Origin: a virus
Strand: one strand, 5' to 3'
DNA: 64,000 nucleotides
IMG/VR virus record: IMGVR_UViG_3300043392_000054
Span: 64,001 to 128,000 of that record
Below are positions 1 to 9,381 of the stretch, in pieces. Under the pieces are notes generated by a model, which saw nothing but the letters and a program-made list of their open reading frames with translations, did no database searches and was not told where the DNA came from. The first letter of the stretch is position 1. Every line of letters begins with the position of its first letter. The translations under genes and the position numbers were made by a program.

Positions 1-154
1 AGATATGGGTAAATTATTAACCTATTTTAATAAGTACCAAGAAGAAAAAAATCAAGAAGAGACTGATAAAGAAGAAGCTGAAAAATCAAAAGAAGGAGGC
101 GAAACAGCTGATATCGGTGGTGGAGATGCAGAAGCTGATTTAGGTAAATTATAA
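1..154 (+). CDS. 3' end of a gene truncated by the window edge; probably portal protein (gp20-like) C-terminus
   Basis: Open frame from base 2 to TAA 152-154 (DMGKLLTYFNKYQEEKNQEETDKEEAEK...DLGKL*). The acidic tail and position upstream of the prohead protease match T4-like order; the product call is inference. Confidence 0.45.
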   Translation, partial: DMGKLLTYFNKYQEEKNQEETDKEEAEKSKEGGETADIGGGDAEADLGKL

Positions 155-181
155 TTTTTAAAAAAGTTATAATATTAAGAG

Positions 182-189
182 GATATATA
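182..189 (+). promoter_or_regulatory. putative late promoter box GATATATA
   Basis: Same octamer recurs upstream of structural genes (3760, 8922, 11331, 13889, 18591) and at 23881, 31295, 45226, 61929. Confidence 0.6.
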
Positions 190-212
190 ATCAAAATATA
201 GTATTAAAATAT

Positions 213-2063
213 ATGAATATGAACGCAAAGCTTTTAATTCTAGAAAGAAGCGGCAATACTTTATCATTTAAACAAGACAACGCTGGTGCTTATGTATTAG
301 AAGGAGTTTTTGGTGAAATCGATAAATTAAATCGTAATAATAGAATTTACACTGAAGATGAATACCTTCCACAGGTTGAAGCTCTTCAATCTAAAATCAA
401 TTCATCTAAATTATTAGGCGAATTAGACCACCCACAAAATTTTGACATTTCACTTAAAAACGTTTCTCATATTATTGAGGAATTAAGATATGATAAAGCT
501 AATAAGCAAATCTTAGGTAAGATTAGATTATTAGATACAGATGCAGGAAGACAGGCAAAAGCTTTAGTAGATGCAGGTGTTCCATTACATATTTCATCAA
601 GAGCAGCAGGTACAGTAGAATCAAATGGTAAAGTTAAAATCAAACAATTATTTACTTATGATTTAGTAGCTGACCCAGGTTTTGCTAACGCTGAATTAAA
701 AAGAGTTAATGAAGCTTTTGGTTTTGAAGAAGATTCAGACCTTTTAATTTATGAAATCAATCCAACAATTGAAAATACACAAACACAAATAAAAGAATCA
801 GAAAAAATGGAACAATCAAAATTCGTTAGCTCTGAAGACTTCAATAATTACTCAAAGTATTTAGCTGAAGAAATCAAAGCTCTTAAAGAGGCTCAAGCGA
901 AGGCAAATGACTCTGAGTCATTAAATACTCAAGTTGAGAACTTAAAGGAATATGCATCTTATTTAGCTGAAAAGGTAAATCAATCAATTGCTTATTCTGA
1001 ACACGTTGCTGAAAAAGCAGACCAAGGTATTCAATTTGCAGATACTTTAGCTGAAAAGTTAGAACAAGCTATTCAATACTCTGAGCATATTGCTGAAGGT
1101 ACTGAACAAATCAAAAACTACACAAACTATTTAGCTGAAGCATATAATGCAGGTGCAGCTACACATGAGAATGTAGTTAAGTACATGGAATACTTAAAAG
1201 AGAACTTACAAAAAGTTACTGAGTATGCTGAATACGTTGCTGAAACAGTTAACTCTAATCTATTAATGGAAGCTGATGATGTTATCGGTACACAAGCTGA
1301 TGATTTAGATGGTAAAACTAAAGATGTTTCAGGTGATATTGAATTTGATGATAAAGCAGTAGACCAATCAGCTCACGATGATTCTAAAGAATTAGAAAAG
1401 GATTTAAAAGGTGAAGATGATGCTGCAAAAGAAGTTGCTATCGATGGCGAAGCAGCTGATAAAGTTAAAACTCAAGCAGGTGAAAAAGCTGAAGAAGGCG
1501 AAGCTGGTAAAGAAGTAGTTGAATCAGTTGATAGAATGGAAGCATATAAGAATGAAATTTCTTCTAAGTTATCCGCTTTATTAGAATCAGCATCTGCAAA
1601 GCAGGTTGAAGAGCCACATTTCTTTAAATTTATTTCAGAAGCTAAGAAAGAAGAATTTAATGCTTTAACGACTGAAGAAAAAACAGCAGTAGCTGCAGCA
1701 GTAACTGGTAAAGGTTTCTTAACAGAATCTCAAATCTATGCATTATGGAACTCATCTTTAGCAGGCGCAGTAAATACAGAGAGCAACGAGCCTTACGTAT
1801 TATCAGCAATGCCTAAAGAATACAGAGAAACATACAATGCGTTATCTGAGTCAAAGAAGAATCAATTATTAGCTCAATCTAAGTATTTTAGATTAGAGAC
1901 AGAATATCAAGTAAGAAATTTCTGGCAAACAAGAGACCTGAGAGAATTTGCTCCAGTAATTGAAAGAGTAGAAATGATTAAAGAATCTACAGAAGAAGTT
2001 AAGCAATTACCATACAATATGGAAGGTGTAGCTGAAGCTTTAAATAAAAAGTTTAAAAAATAA
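213..2063 (+). CDS. gp21: prohead protease (gp21-like) fused to a coiled-coil/acidic scaffold-like region
   Basis: N-terminal LEGVF, NRNNRIY, LGELDHP, SSRAAG and YDLVADPGF motifs; directly upstream of major capsid. Confidence 0.9.
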   Translation: MNMNAKLLILERSGNTLSFKQDNAGAYVLEGVFGEIDKLNRNNRIYTEDEYLPQVEALQSKINSSKLLGELDHPQNFDISLKNVSHIIEELRYDKANKQILGKIRLLDTDAGRQAKALVDAGVPLHISSRAAGTVESNGKVKIKQLFTYDLVADPGFANAELKRVNEAFGFEEDSDLLIYEINPTIENTQTQIKESEKMEQSKFVSSEDFNNYSKYLAEEIKALKEAQAKANDSESLNTQVENLKEYASYLAEKVNQSIAYSEHVAEKADQGIQFADTLAEKLEQAIQYSEHIAEGTEQIKNYTNYLAEAYNAGAATHENVVKYMEYLKENLQKVTEYAEYVAETVNSNLLMEADDVIGTQADDLDGKTKDVSGDIEFDDKAVDQSAHDDSKELEKDLKGEDDAAKEVAIDGEAADKVKTQAGEKAEEGEAGKEVVESVDRMEAYKNEISSKLSALLESASAKQVEEPHFFKFISEAKKEEFNALTTEEKTAVAAAVTGKGFLTESQIYALWNSSLAGAVNTESNEPYVLSAMPKEYRETYNALSESKKNQLLAQSKYFRLETEYQVRNFWQTRDLREFAPVIERVEMIKESTEEVKQLPYNMEGVAEALNKKFKK

Positions 2064-2120
2064 GTTTTTTAAAAAAACACGTTTTTTAAGATAATATATA
2101 GTAAAAGATTAAAGTAATAA

Positions 2121-2178
2121 TCGACTCTTGGATAAGAAGCAAAAATCCTACAATGTCGAGTAGCTACAACATAGTAGC
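2121..2178 (+). promoter_or_regulatory. two hairpins in the 5' leader of the major capsid gene
   Basis: TCGAC 2121-25 pairs with GTCGA 2155-59 (inner GGAT/ATCC); GCTAC-AACATA-GTAGC at 2163-78; late-box variant AATATATA at 2093-2100. Confidence 0.4.
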
Positions 2179-2212
2179 AAAACAATAAACATAAAAAAAC
2201 ATTTTTAAAAAA

Positions 2213-3676
2213 ATGGCACAATTAATTAACGAAGCAGAAATCAGAGAAACATGGTCTCCGATTATCGAATCTGCAACTGGTATCACAGATGCTGGTAAAT
2301 TAGCATGGATGTCTGAGTATTGCCATAACCACAAGTTATACGAAGACGCAAACATTATGAGATTAGACCCAACTATGAACTTAAGAGGTATGGGTGCAGT
2401 TTCATTCCCTTCAGGATTTGGTTCTAACCCAACTGCAGTAGGTTCAGGTGACAAAGCTCCAACTTTATTACCATTAGCAATGCAAGTTGCTGCGCAAACT
2501 ATCGCATTAGACTTAGTTCCAGTTATTCCAATGGCTGGTCCAATGGGCTTATTATCTTACTTAGACTTCGTTTACGAAGGTGGTAGATTAGACAACGGTG
2601 TAGCTCCAACTTACGTTAAGGCTGCTGGTGTTGTTGGTGATATCGCTGCAGTTCCAGGTACTAACGGTGCTTACGAATATGCTGGTAAATCAAGAATTGA
2701 TGGTAAATCAATCTACAAAGTTGGTGCTATTGATGGTGCTAACGCAACTGTTGCTGAAGACTTAGAAGCTGCTGGTGCTACTGCTGGTTCAGTTGTTTTA
2801 GTTAAAGCATTAGAAGACCACTTACCAGGTTTCTCTGGAAAAGATTCTGAGAACGCTTACTCAAGAGAAGAAGGTGAAAGAACTCCAGATAAGTTAATGG
2901 GTCTTTCTTTATTCTCTAAGGCTGTTGAAGCTAAGACTATTCAAGTTGCTGCTGCAGTAACTAGAGAGCAAGTTCAAGACTTAAAGCAATTTGGTGTTGA
3001 CGCAGTTGCTCAAGTTGAAGCTGTTTTAGTTAACGAATTAACTCAAACTATCAACGACTTAATCATCAAGAACATCGATTCATTAGGTGCTTCTAACATC
3101 ACTAAGGCTGTTGCAGCTGGTGAAATCGCTTCAGGCGCATTAGATATTAAATTATACGGTGCTGCTGATTTCCAAGGTGGTAAGACTGAAGGTTCTGAGC
3201 ACAGAAAAATCTTAACAGGTATTTTAGCTGCTGCGAACTTAATCGCTAACAGAGGTAGAAGAGGTGCTGGTAACTTTGCGGTTGTAGGACCACAAACAGC
3301 TACAGCTTTACAATCAGTTGCTGGTTACGTACCAAACCCATTTGCTAACACAGTTTCTCAAGCTGCAGGTGCAATCTACCCAGTAGGTTCAATCGCAGGT
3401 GTTCAAGTTTACACTAACCCTAAGTGGAAGTGGAATAACTTAGACGTATTAGTTGGTAGAAAAGGTGACGGTAACGGTCCTGGTTTAGTGTTCATGCCAT
3501 ACTTAATGGCTGAATCAGTTCAAACTATCGCAGAAGGTACAATGGCTCCAAAGGTTGCTGTTAAGTCTAGATTTGCTTTAGTTGAAGCAGGTTTCCACCC
3601 AGAAACACAATACGTTAAGACTACTATCTCTGCAGTTGCAGGTTCATCATGGTCTAACTTAATTTCTTTATCTTAA
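2213..3676 (+). CDS. gp23: major capsid protein (T4 gp23-like)
   Basis: W.PI.E N-terminus, DLVPVIPMAGPMG, REQVQDLKQF-G-DA..E.VL.NEL, G.GNF.V, FMPY, KSRFAL motifs; strongly biased codon usage. Confidence 0.95.
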   Translation: MAQLINEAEIRETWSPIIESATGITDAGKLAWMSEYCHNHKLYEDANIMRLDPTMNLRGMGAVSFPSGFGSNPTAVGSGDKAPTLLPLAMQVAAQTIALDLVPVIPMAGPMGLLSYLDFVYEGGRLDNGVAPTYVKAAGVVGDIAAVPGTNGAYEYAGKSRIDGKSIYKVGAIDGANATVAEDLEAAGATAGSVVLVKALEDHLPGFSGKDSENAYSREEGERTPDKLMGLSLFSKAVEAKTIQVAAAVTREQVQDLKQFGVDAVAQVEAVLVNELTQTINDLIIKNIDSLGASNITKAVAAGEIASGALDIKLYGAADFQGGKTEGSEHRKILTGILAAANLIANRGRRGAGNFAVVGPQTATALQSVAGYVPNPFANTVSQAAGAIYPVGSIAGVQVYTNPKWKWNNLDVLVGRKGDGNGPGLVFMPYLMAESVQTIAEGTMAPKVAVKSRFALVEAGFHPETQYVKTTISAVAGSSWSNLISLS

Positions 3677-3711
3677 TTCTAAATCAAGAATTAGAAATAG
3701 TTTAATATTGC

Positions 3712-3747
3712 GAAAGGGCTCTCATTTTGGGAGCCCTTTCCTTTTTT
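3712..3747 (+). terminator. intrinsic terminator after major capsid
   Basis: GAAAGGGCTC / GAGCCCTTTC 10-bp stem followed by a T-tract. Confidence 0.85.
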
Positions 3748-3798
3748 ATAAAAGAGAAAGATATATAAAGAAACAGTTATTAATATAATACTCTAAAA

Positions 3799-4872
3799 AT
3801 GGAAAAAATTAACAATTTCGAAAACTGGTATAGTAAAATTGTAGAATCAATTTCAGTATCTAAAAAAGCTGCAGAAGCAAACGAAGATAATGCAGTACAA
3901 ACTGCAGATGTTACAAATGCTACAACTTCAGCAGAAACTTCAAAAGCTAATATAATTAGCGATGTCGATTCTATTATGAATACTCTTTCTCAATTATCTG
4001 TTCAAATTAAAGAATCTATTGATTCTATTGATTTATTTGAAAGCGAAGAGGTAGAAATTTTAGAAGAAGATGTAATTAATGAATTAACGGCTGGAGAAGC
4101 TGGTAGTAAATTAGCAGATTGGATTTTTTATGCCCCTAAATATAGAAATATGCAAAAGAAAATCAATAAGATGAAGCTTAATGCTTTAGATATTCAAATT
4201 GCAGTTGATAATTTAGGAGGTTCTGAACAAGAAAGAGCTAAAGCAGATGCATTAAGAGCTAAAAAATCAACATTATCTCAACAAATATCTGATTTACAAT
4301 CTGCTGTAAATGATAAAGCAAAAGAAAGAGGAGAATATATTCAAAAGGTATTAAGCTCTGAAAAGATTAAAGGTCAAATGGAATTAGTTAAACGTTCTTC
4401 TGGTCAAGAAGATGACCCATCTAAGAAAAAGAGTTTAGCAGATTCTATGAAAGAATTACAAGCTAGATTTCAAGAAGAGGAAGCTGCTATTGCTAAATTA
4501 AAAGATAAAGCTAAACAAGACGGCGCTAAAAAGGCAAACAAAGAAAATGTCGCAGATAAAAGAGCAAAGGAACAAGCTGAAGCCGATAAAGAGGCTGCAG
4601 ATAAAGCTAAAGAAAAGCCCGAAGCTAAAGAACCTAAGAAAAAAGAGAAACCATCAGCAAAAGAATCTTTATTTATTGCTGCAACTGAATTAGGTTTAAA
4701 TGAAATGGCAGCTGAAATTTCATCTAAGCAAGATTGGCAATTTGAAGACAACTCGGCATTATATGTTAAATATAATACAGAAATAGTTAAACAACGTTCT
4801 ATTAATAAATTAAATGAATCACGTCATCAAAATTTATCAATTGCAGATAAATTTAGAATGTTATTAGACTAA
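3799..4872 (+). CDS. hypothetical K/E/A-rich protein, possibly a head internal protein
   Basis: 357-aa ORF after late box 3760; coiled-coil, charged low-complexity C-half. Confidence 0.75.
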   Translation: MEKINNFENWYSKIVESISVSKKAAEANEDNAVQTADVTNATTSAETSKANIISDVDSIMNTLSQLSVQIKESIDSIDLFESEEVEILEEDVINELTAGEAGSKLADWIFYAPKYRNMQKKINKMKLNALDIQIAVDNLGGSEQERAKADALRAKKSTLSQQISDLQSAVNDKAKERGEYIQKVLSSEKIKGQMELVKRSSGQEDDPSKKKSLADSMKELQARFQEEEAAIAKLKDKAKQDGAKKANKENVADKRAKEQAEADKEAADKAKEKPEAKEPKKKEKPSAKESLFIAATELGLNEMAAEISSKQDWQFEDNSALYVKYNTEIVKQRSINKLNESRHQNLSIADKFRMLLD

Positions 4873-5400
4873 TTATTTTTTAGAATTCTTTTTAGCTAAT
4901 TTAAGGAACTCCTTTTGCTGTTGTAGAAGGAGTTCTTTGCATTTCTTGCGAAACTCAACCGATGATTTTAAAATACGGCTATCTACCATTGGAGCTTTTA
5001 ATACATCATGATATTCTGGATGAACAAAGTTTTCTAAACTAAAATCATCCATTCTAGCTCTAATAGGTTTTCCAGATATAGCACAAACCCAATCAATAGT
5101 TTGATAATTATCCAATAGCTCTTCTTTGTGGATTATTTCCCCAGTAGACCAATCATAGAATAATTTATTGAATACATTGTGAGACTTAAATGTATAGCTG
5201 TGTTGTTCAAATAAAATTTGAACGAATTGGTCATTTTTACATCTATCTCTAAGTAACGGAAAATCATTTAACAATCTTCTTTGTGCACGAGATAAAGTTG
5301 AAAGCCTAATACCAAAACGATTCATCGGGTATGGACCACCCGTTCTAATAATCTCTGGATATTTCTTTTTAATTGCCATATTATTATTTATCTGAAACAT
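4873..5400 (-). CDS. hypothetical protein; the only credible minus-strand gene
   Basis: Fills the gap between plus-strand genes exactly; stop abuts the convergent stop at 4872; alternative start ATG at 5379; contains CAISGKPI. Confidence 0.75.
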   Translation of the reverse strand: MFQINNNMAIKKKYPEIIRTGGPYPMNRFGIRLSTLSRAQRRLLNDFPLLRDRCKNDQFVQILFEQHSYTFKSHNVFNKLFYDWSTGEIIHKEELLDNYQTIDWVCAISGKPIRARMDDFSLENFVHPEYHDVLKAPMVDSRILKSSVEFRKKCKELLLQQQKEFLKLAKKNSKK

Positions 5401-5421
5401 TTTAAAGGTATCTTGTATAAT
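5393..5421 (+). promoter_or_regulatory. class II promoter TGAAAC-N17-TATAAT
   Basis: Same 17-nt spacing at 23837, 32445, 39058, 60076 and 62995. Confidence 0.65.
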
Positions 5422-5443
5422 TTAAATAACACAAATAATAAAC

Positions 5444-6394
5444 ATGGTTAACGCACTATTTACAGAAAAGTATCGTCCTAAAAATTTAGATGAATTAATT
5501 TTACCAGAAAGGGTAATGAATAAGTTTAAAAATGGTTTAACGCAAAATGTATTGTTTGCAGGTTCACCTGGAACAGGCAAAACATCAACTGCTAAAGCTA
5601 TTATTAATCAATTTGAATTACCATATTTGTATATCAATGCATCGCGAGACACTTCAGTGGATGTTATTAGAACTCAAATCACAGATTTTTGCTCTACCAT
5701 GTCAATCCTAGATGACCGTGATAAATTTAAAGTAGTTATACTAGATGAGGTCGATGGTGTGTCAGACCAGTTCTTTAAAGCTCTGAGAGCAACGATGGAA
5801 CAATTTGCTTCAAACTCTAGATTTATTGCTACCTGTAATTACATTAATAAGTTACCAGATGCTATTCTTTCTCGTTTTGAAGTCATTAATTTTGATTTTG
5901 ATAAGTCAGAAGAAACAGAATTGACCAAAAAATATATTAAGCGCGTATATGATATTTGTGGTAAAGAAGGCATGACTATCGAAAAGCCAGCTTTAGTTGA
6001 ATTTGTAAAAAGAAACTTTCCAGACTTACGTTCTACTTTAAGCAAATTACAGGGTTATAAATCGCAAGGCACCGTTAATATTGGAATTGATGATGTAAAA
6101 CGTTTCAATTCGGTCTATAAAGATGTCTTTGACCTAATTTTTAATGAAACAGACCCTGTTAAAAACTATAAACTTTTAGTTAGTGAATATTCAAATAGAG
6201 TCGATGATGTATTAGAAATGTTAGGGAGCGATTTCATTGAATATATTCAAGCTGAGAAACCAAATAATATTAAAAATATACCCCAAATTATAATTACAGT
6301 AGCAGAGCACCAAGCACAGAGAATTCACGTAATTGACCCAATCATTACAATGTTATCTTGCGTTTATCGTATACAAGAAATAGTTAGGTCTTAA
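5444..6394 (+). CDS. gp44: sliding clamp loader large subunit (gp44 / RFC-like AAA+)
   Basis: LFTEKYRPKNLDE, Walker A GSPGTGKTS, Walker B VILDEVDG, sensor AILSRF, FPDLR. Confidence 0.93.
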   Translation: MVNALFTEKYRPKNLDELILPERVMNKFKNGLTQNVLFAGSPGTGKTSTAKAIINQFELPYLYINASRDTSVDVIRTQITDFCSTMSILDDRDKFKVVILDEVDGVSDQFFKALRATMEQFASNSRFIATCNYINKLPDAILSRFEVINFDFDKSEETELTKKYIKRVYDICGKEGMTIEKPALVEFVKRNFPDLRSTLSKLQGYKSQGTVNIGIDDVKRFNSVYKDVFDLIFNETDPVKNYKLLVSEYSNRVDDVLEMLGSDFIEYIQAEKPNNIKNIPQIIITVAEHQAQRIHVIDPIITMLSCVYRIQEIVRS

Positions 6395-6407
6395 AAAAAA
6401 TAATAGT

Positions 6408-6450
6408 AAATATATTTTTACTTGTCATAAAAATTAGTTATATTTGTATA
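6408..6450 (+). promoter_or_regulatory. class I (Bacteroidota-type) promoter
   Basis: TTTTTACTTGTC upstream element and TATATTTG box at 6439-46. Confidence 0.6.
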
Positions 6451-6459
6451 ACAGATAAC

Positions 6460-7680
6460 ATGGAAGAAGATATGAAATTAGGAAAACATACATTACTTAT
6501 AGATGGAAATTATTTTATCTATAGCAGATTATTCGTAATGCCAAAACCCAATAAGGGTAAATTATTAGGAGATGAAAAAAGCAAAGGACAATTTCTTCGT
6601 AAATTGTGCATTGACTTTGCATCTGAAATTAGAAAAATGCAACCATTTTTAGATAAGATTGTTTTAACGATTGACTCTAAATCTTGGCGCAAAGACCTTT
6701 TTCCAGAAGCTGAATATAAAGGTACAAGAACTCAAGATGATACAGTTGAATGGGAATCAGTTTATCAGATTTATGAAGAATTTAAAACGGTATTAGCTAA
6801 AAGAGGTGTTATTGTACAACAGGTAAATGGCGCAGAAGCAGACGACTTGTTATTTGCTTGGTCTACTTATTTAAATGCTGCAGGCCAAAACTGCATTGTA
6901 TGGACTGGAGACCGTGACTTGATTCAATTAGTAGATTATTCAAAGGCAACTGATGGCTATACTTTATGGTATTATAACACTAAGAAAAGACTAATTGTAT
7001 TTGAAGGTTTTAATAAAATGATGGGTATGCCTATTGACGAATCTTCTGACAATGATGACTTATTATTTAATCTTGCAAGTAAAACAGCTCTTTTAGAAAA
7101 AGTAAGAGCTGATGTAAATGATTGGATTAAAAAGAATGGCATTGAAATTGAAGAAATCAATTGCGATAACTTTATTTTTCAAAAGATTTTAACAGGCGAT
7201 AAATCAGATAATATTAAATCAGTAGTTACTTGGTCAAAGGGTGGTAGAACCTACAATATTAGTCTTAAACAAGCTGATAAAATCTTAGAACAGTATTTAA
7301 AAGAAGAATCTGTCTTTACAATCGACCACATGTTTAATGAGTCTCAAGTTGACAAAATAGCAGATATAATTTATAGAGTTGTCGGTAATTCTACTAAATC
7401 TCAAATTAAAGCCAGATTTAATCAAAACCTAGATATAATGTTATTACACTATAACACTATTCCAGAAGCGATTCAATCTCAAATGCAAAAAGCTATTGAT
7501 ATTAGCATTGAAATTGAACCAGAATTAAATAGATTAACGCAATTAGAAAAGATTCTTGAGGGAAATCCATGGTTACAAGTTAAATCTGATGTACCTAGTC
7601 AATTTGACCCATTTGAAGGTCTAGAAGATAGTAATAGTTCAACACCATTAACAAAAAAATTAGATGGAGGCTTATTCTAA
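6460..7680 (+). CDS. rnh: 5'-3' exonuclease / RNase H (T4 rnh, Pol I N-terminal family)
   Basis: LLIDGN, SWRK...YKGTR, EADDLL, GDRDLIQL, LTGDKSDNI. Confidence 0.9.
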   Translation: MEEDMKLGKHTLLIDGNYFIYSRLFVMPKPNKGKLLGDEKSKGQFLRKLCIDFASEIRKMQPFLDKIVLTIDSKSWRKDLFPEAEYKGTRTQDDTVEWESVYQIYEEFKTVLAKRGVIVQQVNGAEADDLLFAWSTYLNAAGQNCIVWTGDRDLIQLVDYSKATDGYTLWYYNTKKRLIVFEGFNKMMGMPIDESSDNDDLLFNLASKTALLEKVRADVNDWIKKNGIEIEEINCDNFIFQKILTGDKSDNIKSVVTWSKGGRTYNISLKQADKILEQYLKEESVFTIDHMFNESQVDKIADIIYRVVGNSTKSQIKARFNQNLDIMLLHYNTIPEAIQSQMQKAIDISIEIEPELNRLTQLEKILEGNPWLQVKSDVPSQFDPFEGLEDSNSSTPLTKKLDGGLF

Positions 7681-7837
7681 ATCACTCGAAGATATCGAAA
7701 CAATCGATATGATACTAAATGAAGCTAATGCGTATAATCTAAGAGCAGAAGTTGAAGAATCTGCCCATAAATTAATAGCTGAAGGCATGACAGATGTAAA
7801 TGCGTATGAATGTGCATTTATGGATTGGATTAAATAA
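7664..7837 (+). CDS. small hypothetical protein (57 aa), not in the ORF track
   Basis: ATG 7664 to TAA 7837: MEAYSKSLEDIETIDMILNEANAYNLRAEVEESAHKLIAEGMTDVNAYECAFMDWIK; fills the gap. Confidence 0.65.
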   Translation: MEAYSKSLEDIETIDMILNEANAYNLRAEVEESAHKLIAEGMTDVNAYECAFMDWIK

Positions 7838-7843
7838 TAAGAT

Positions 7844-8269
7844 ATGTTAGACGAAACAAAATTATTTGACTTTATAAAGATTTTATTTACAAAGCCAAAG
7901 GATTATAAACAAATCAAAAATCATACAAAGAATCGTCATCAGTTTATGGTGAATAGATTTTTTGCTATTAAATTTCCAGCAAATGCGCAATTATTTAATC
8001 TTAACGGTATTAACGGTGCATCAGTCGTTGATTCATGGAGTTTAGTTGCACAAAGATTTACATCAGTTCCAACGTGGATTTATACTAAAACAAAAAAATC
8101 AGCAGCAGCTGAAAATAAAAGCGATTATATACCTAGTGAAGAGGTAATTGACCTTTTTATGCGTAAAAATGAAATAGGCAAAAGAGAATTTAAAGAGCTT
8201 AAGCAATTTGCTCCAGATAAACTTGAAGCTGAACTTAAAAAATTAGAAAAAGCAATTAAAGTTTACTAA
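7844..8269 (+). CDS. probable clamp loader small subunit (gp62-like)
   Basis: LFDFI...FMVNRF...W..TK pattern and size resemble gp62; close to gp44. Confidence 0.55.
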   Translation: MLDETKLFDFIKILFTKPKDYKQIKNHTKNRHQFMVNRFFAIKFPANAQLFNLNGINGASVVDSWSLVAQRFTSVPTWIYTKTKKSAAAENKSDYIPSEEVIDLFMRKNEIGKREFKELKQFAPDKLEAELKKLEKAIKVY

Positions 8270-8913
8270 TGGAATTTTCGACATTTAATTCAATCGATAT
8301 TATAGACATTGTTCTATATAAATATAATTATTACGATAATAGATTATGGACAGGTGCCAAGAATCAATTACGTTATATTGAAATTAATCCACAATCTATT
8401 TTAGTTTCTCCAGATGATGTAAAAAAACATTTAGAGGTTACATATCCAAATGAATTAAATAAATTTAAGGCTATTGGTTCTGAGTTTTTACATAAAGAGG
8501 CTAATTCAATCTATTTTATGAATAGATTTTTATATCAAATGCCTAAAATGAAATGGATTAAATTGACTTTAGATAAAAGTAAAAACTATTCTAGAGTTAT
8601 AGGAAATGAATCACAAACGTCTAAATCAATTAATTTTAGCTATAAAGTTTTACATGCAACTGTTAGGCTGTATGATATTTTTTCAGAAGAAGAATTATTA
8701 GCTTTAAATAAAATTTTATTAGAATTAGGTTTATTAGAACCTCATATTCCATATATGAGACACAGTCTAAATGAAATAGTAGACAAATTAGACAATTGGT
8801 TAAATTCAGCGGATGCTGATAATGAAATTGATGTTGTTGCTATTTTATTAGATATGATAGACCCTAAAATGCAAGGTGATAATCCAGAAATATTATTAGT
8901 AACAGACTATTAA
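8269..8913 (+). CDS. hypothetical protein
   Basis: 214-aa ORF coupled by TAATG overlap. Confidence 0.8.
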   Translation: MEFSTFNSIDIIDIVLYKYNYYDNRLWTGAKNQLRYIEINPQSILVSPDDVKKHLEVTYPNELNKFKAIGSEFLHKEANSIYFMNRFLYQMPKMKWIKLTLDKSKNYSRVIGNESQTSKSINFSYKVLHATVRLYDIFSEEELLALNKILLELGLLEPHIPYMRHSLNEIVDKLDNWLNSADADNEIDVVAILLDMIDPKMQGDNPEILLVTDY

Positions 8914-8951
8914 TTCTTTTAGATATATAAAAGAAAAGAGTTCTGTTCTCG

Positions 8952-9377
8952 GTGAATATTAAACAAATCATATCGGATTTTGGTAAAAGAGAATCTTTAG
9001 TATACATTACAGTATTATTATGGATAGCCTTTGGTATTTTTGGAGCTTATAAGCAGGCTAATTTTTCACATTTAGCCGCATATTTTGGTTCTTTAACTAC
9101 TTATGTTGCTACTTATATTTGGGCTGAATCAAAACGCCCAAGCGATAAAACTAGTGTATTTAAACCAGGTCCAAGTTCAAGAAGAGAAATAATGATATAT
9201 GTTATAGTTGTATTATGGGCTATAGCTGGTGTTATTGGTATAGAATTTGGTGCAAACATTAATGATTTAGCAATTTATTTCATGGCATTAACTGGATTTA
9301 TAGCGTCATGGATTGCAGGAGAAGTTTATACACCTCAGGATTCTTTAAAAGAATATCTAAATCCTAAAAAAGATTAA
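8952..9377 (+). CDS. four-TM membrane protein with internal duplication (holin candidate)
   Basis: Four hydrophobic segments in two similar halves; follows late box 8922; GTG start. Confidence 0.6.
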   Translation: MNIKQIISDFGKRESLVYITVLLWIAFGIFGAYKQANFSHLAAYFGSLTTYVATYIWAESKRPSDKTSVFKPGPSSRREIMIYVIVVLWAIAGVIGIEFGANINDLAIYFMALTGFIASWIAGEVYTPQDSLKEYLNPKKD

Positions 9378-9381
9378 AATT

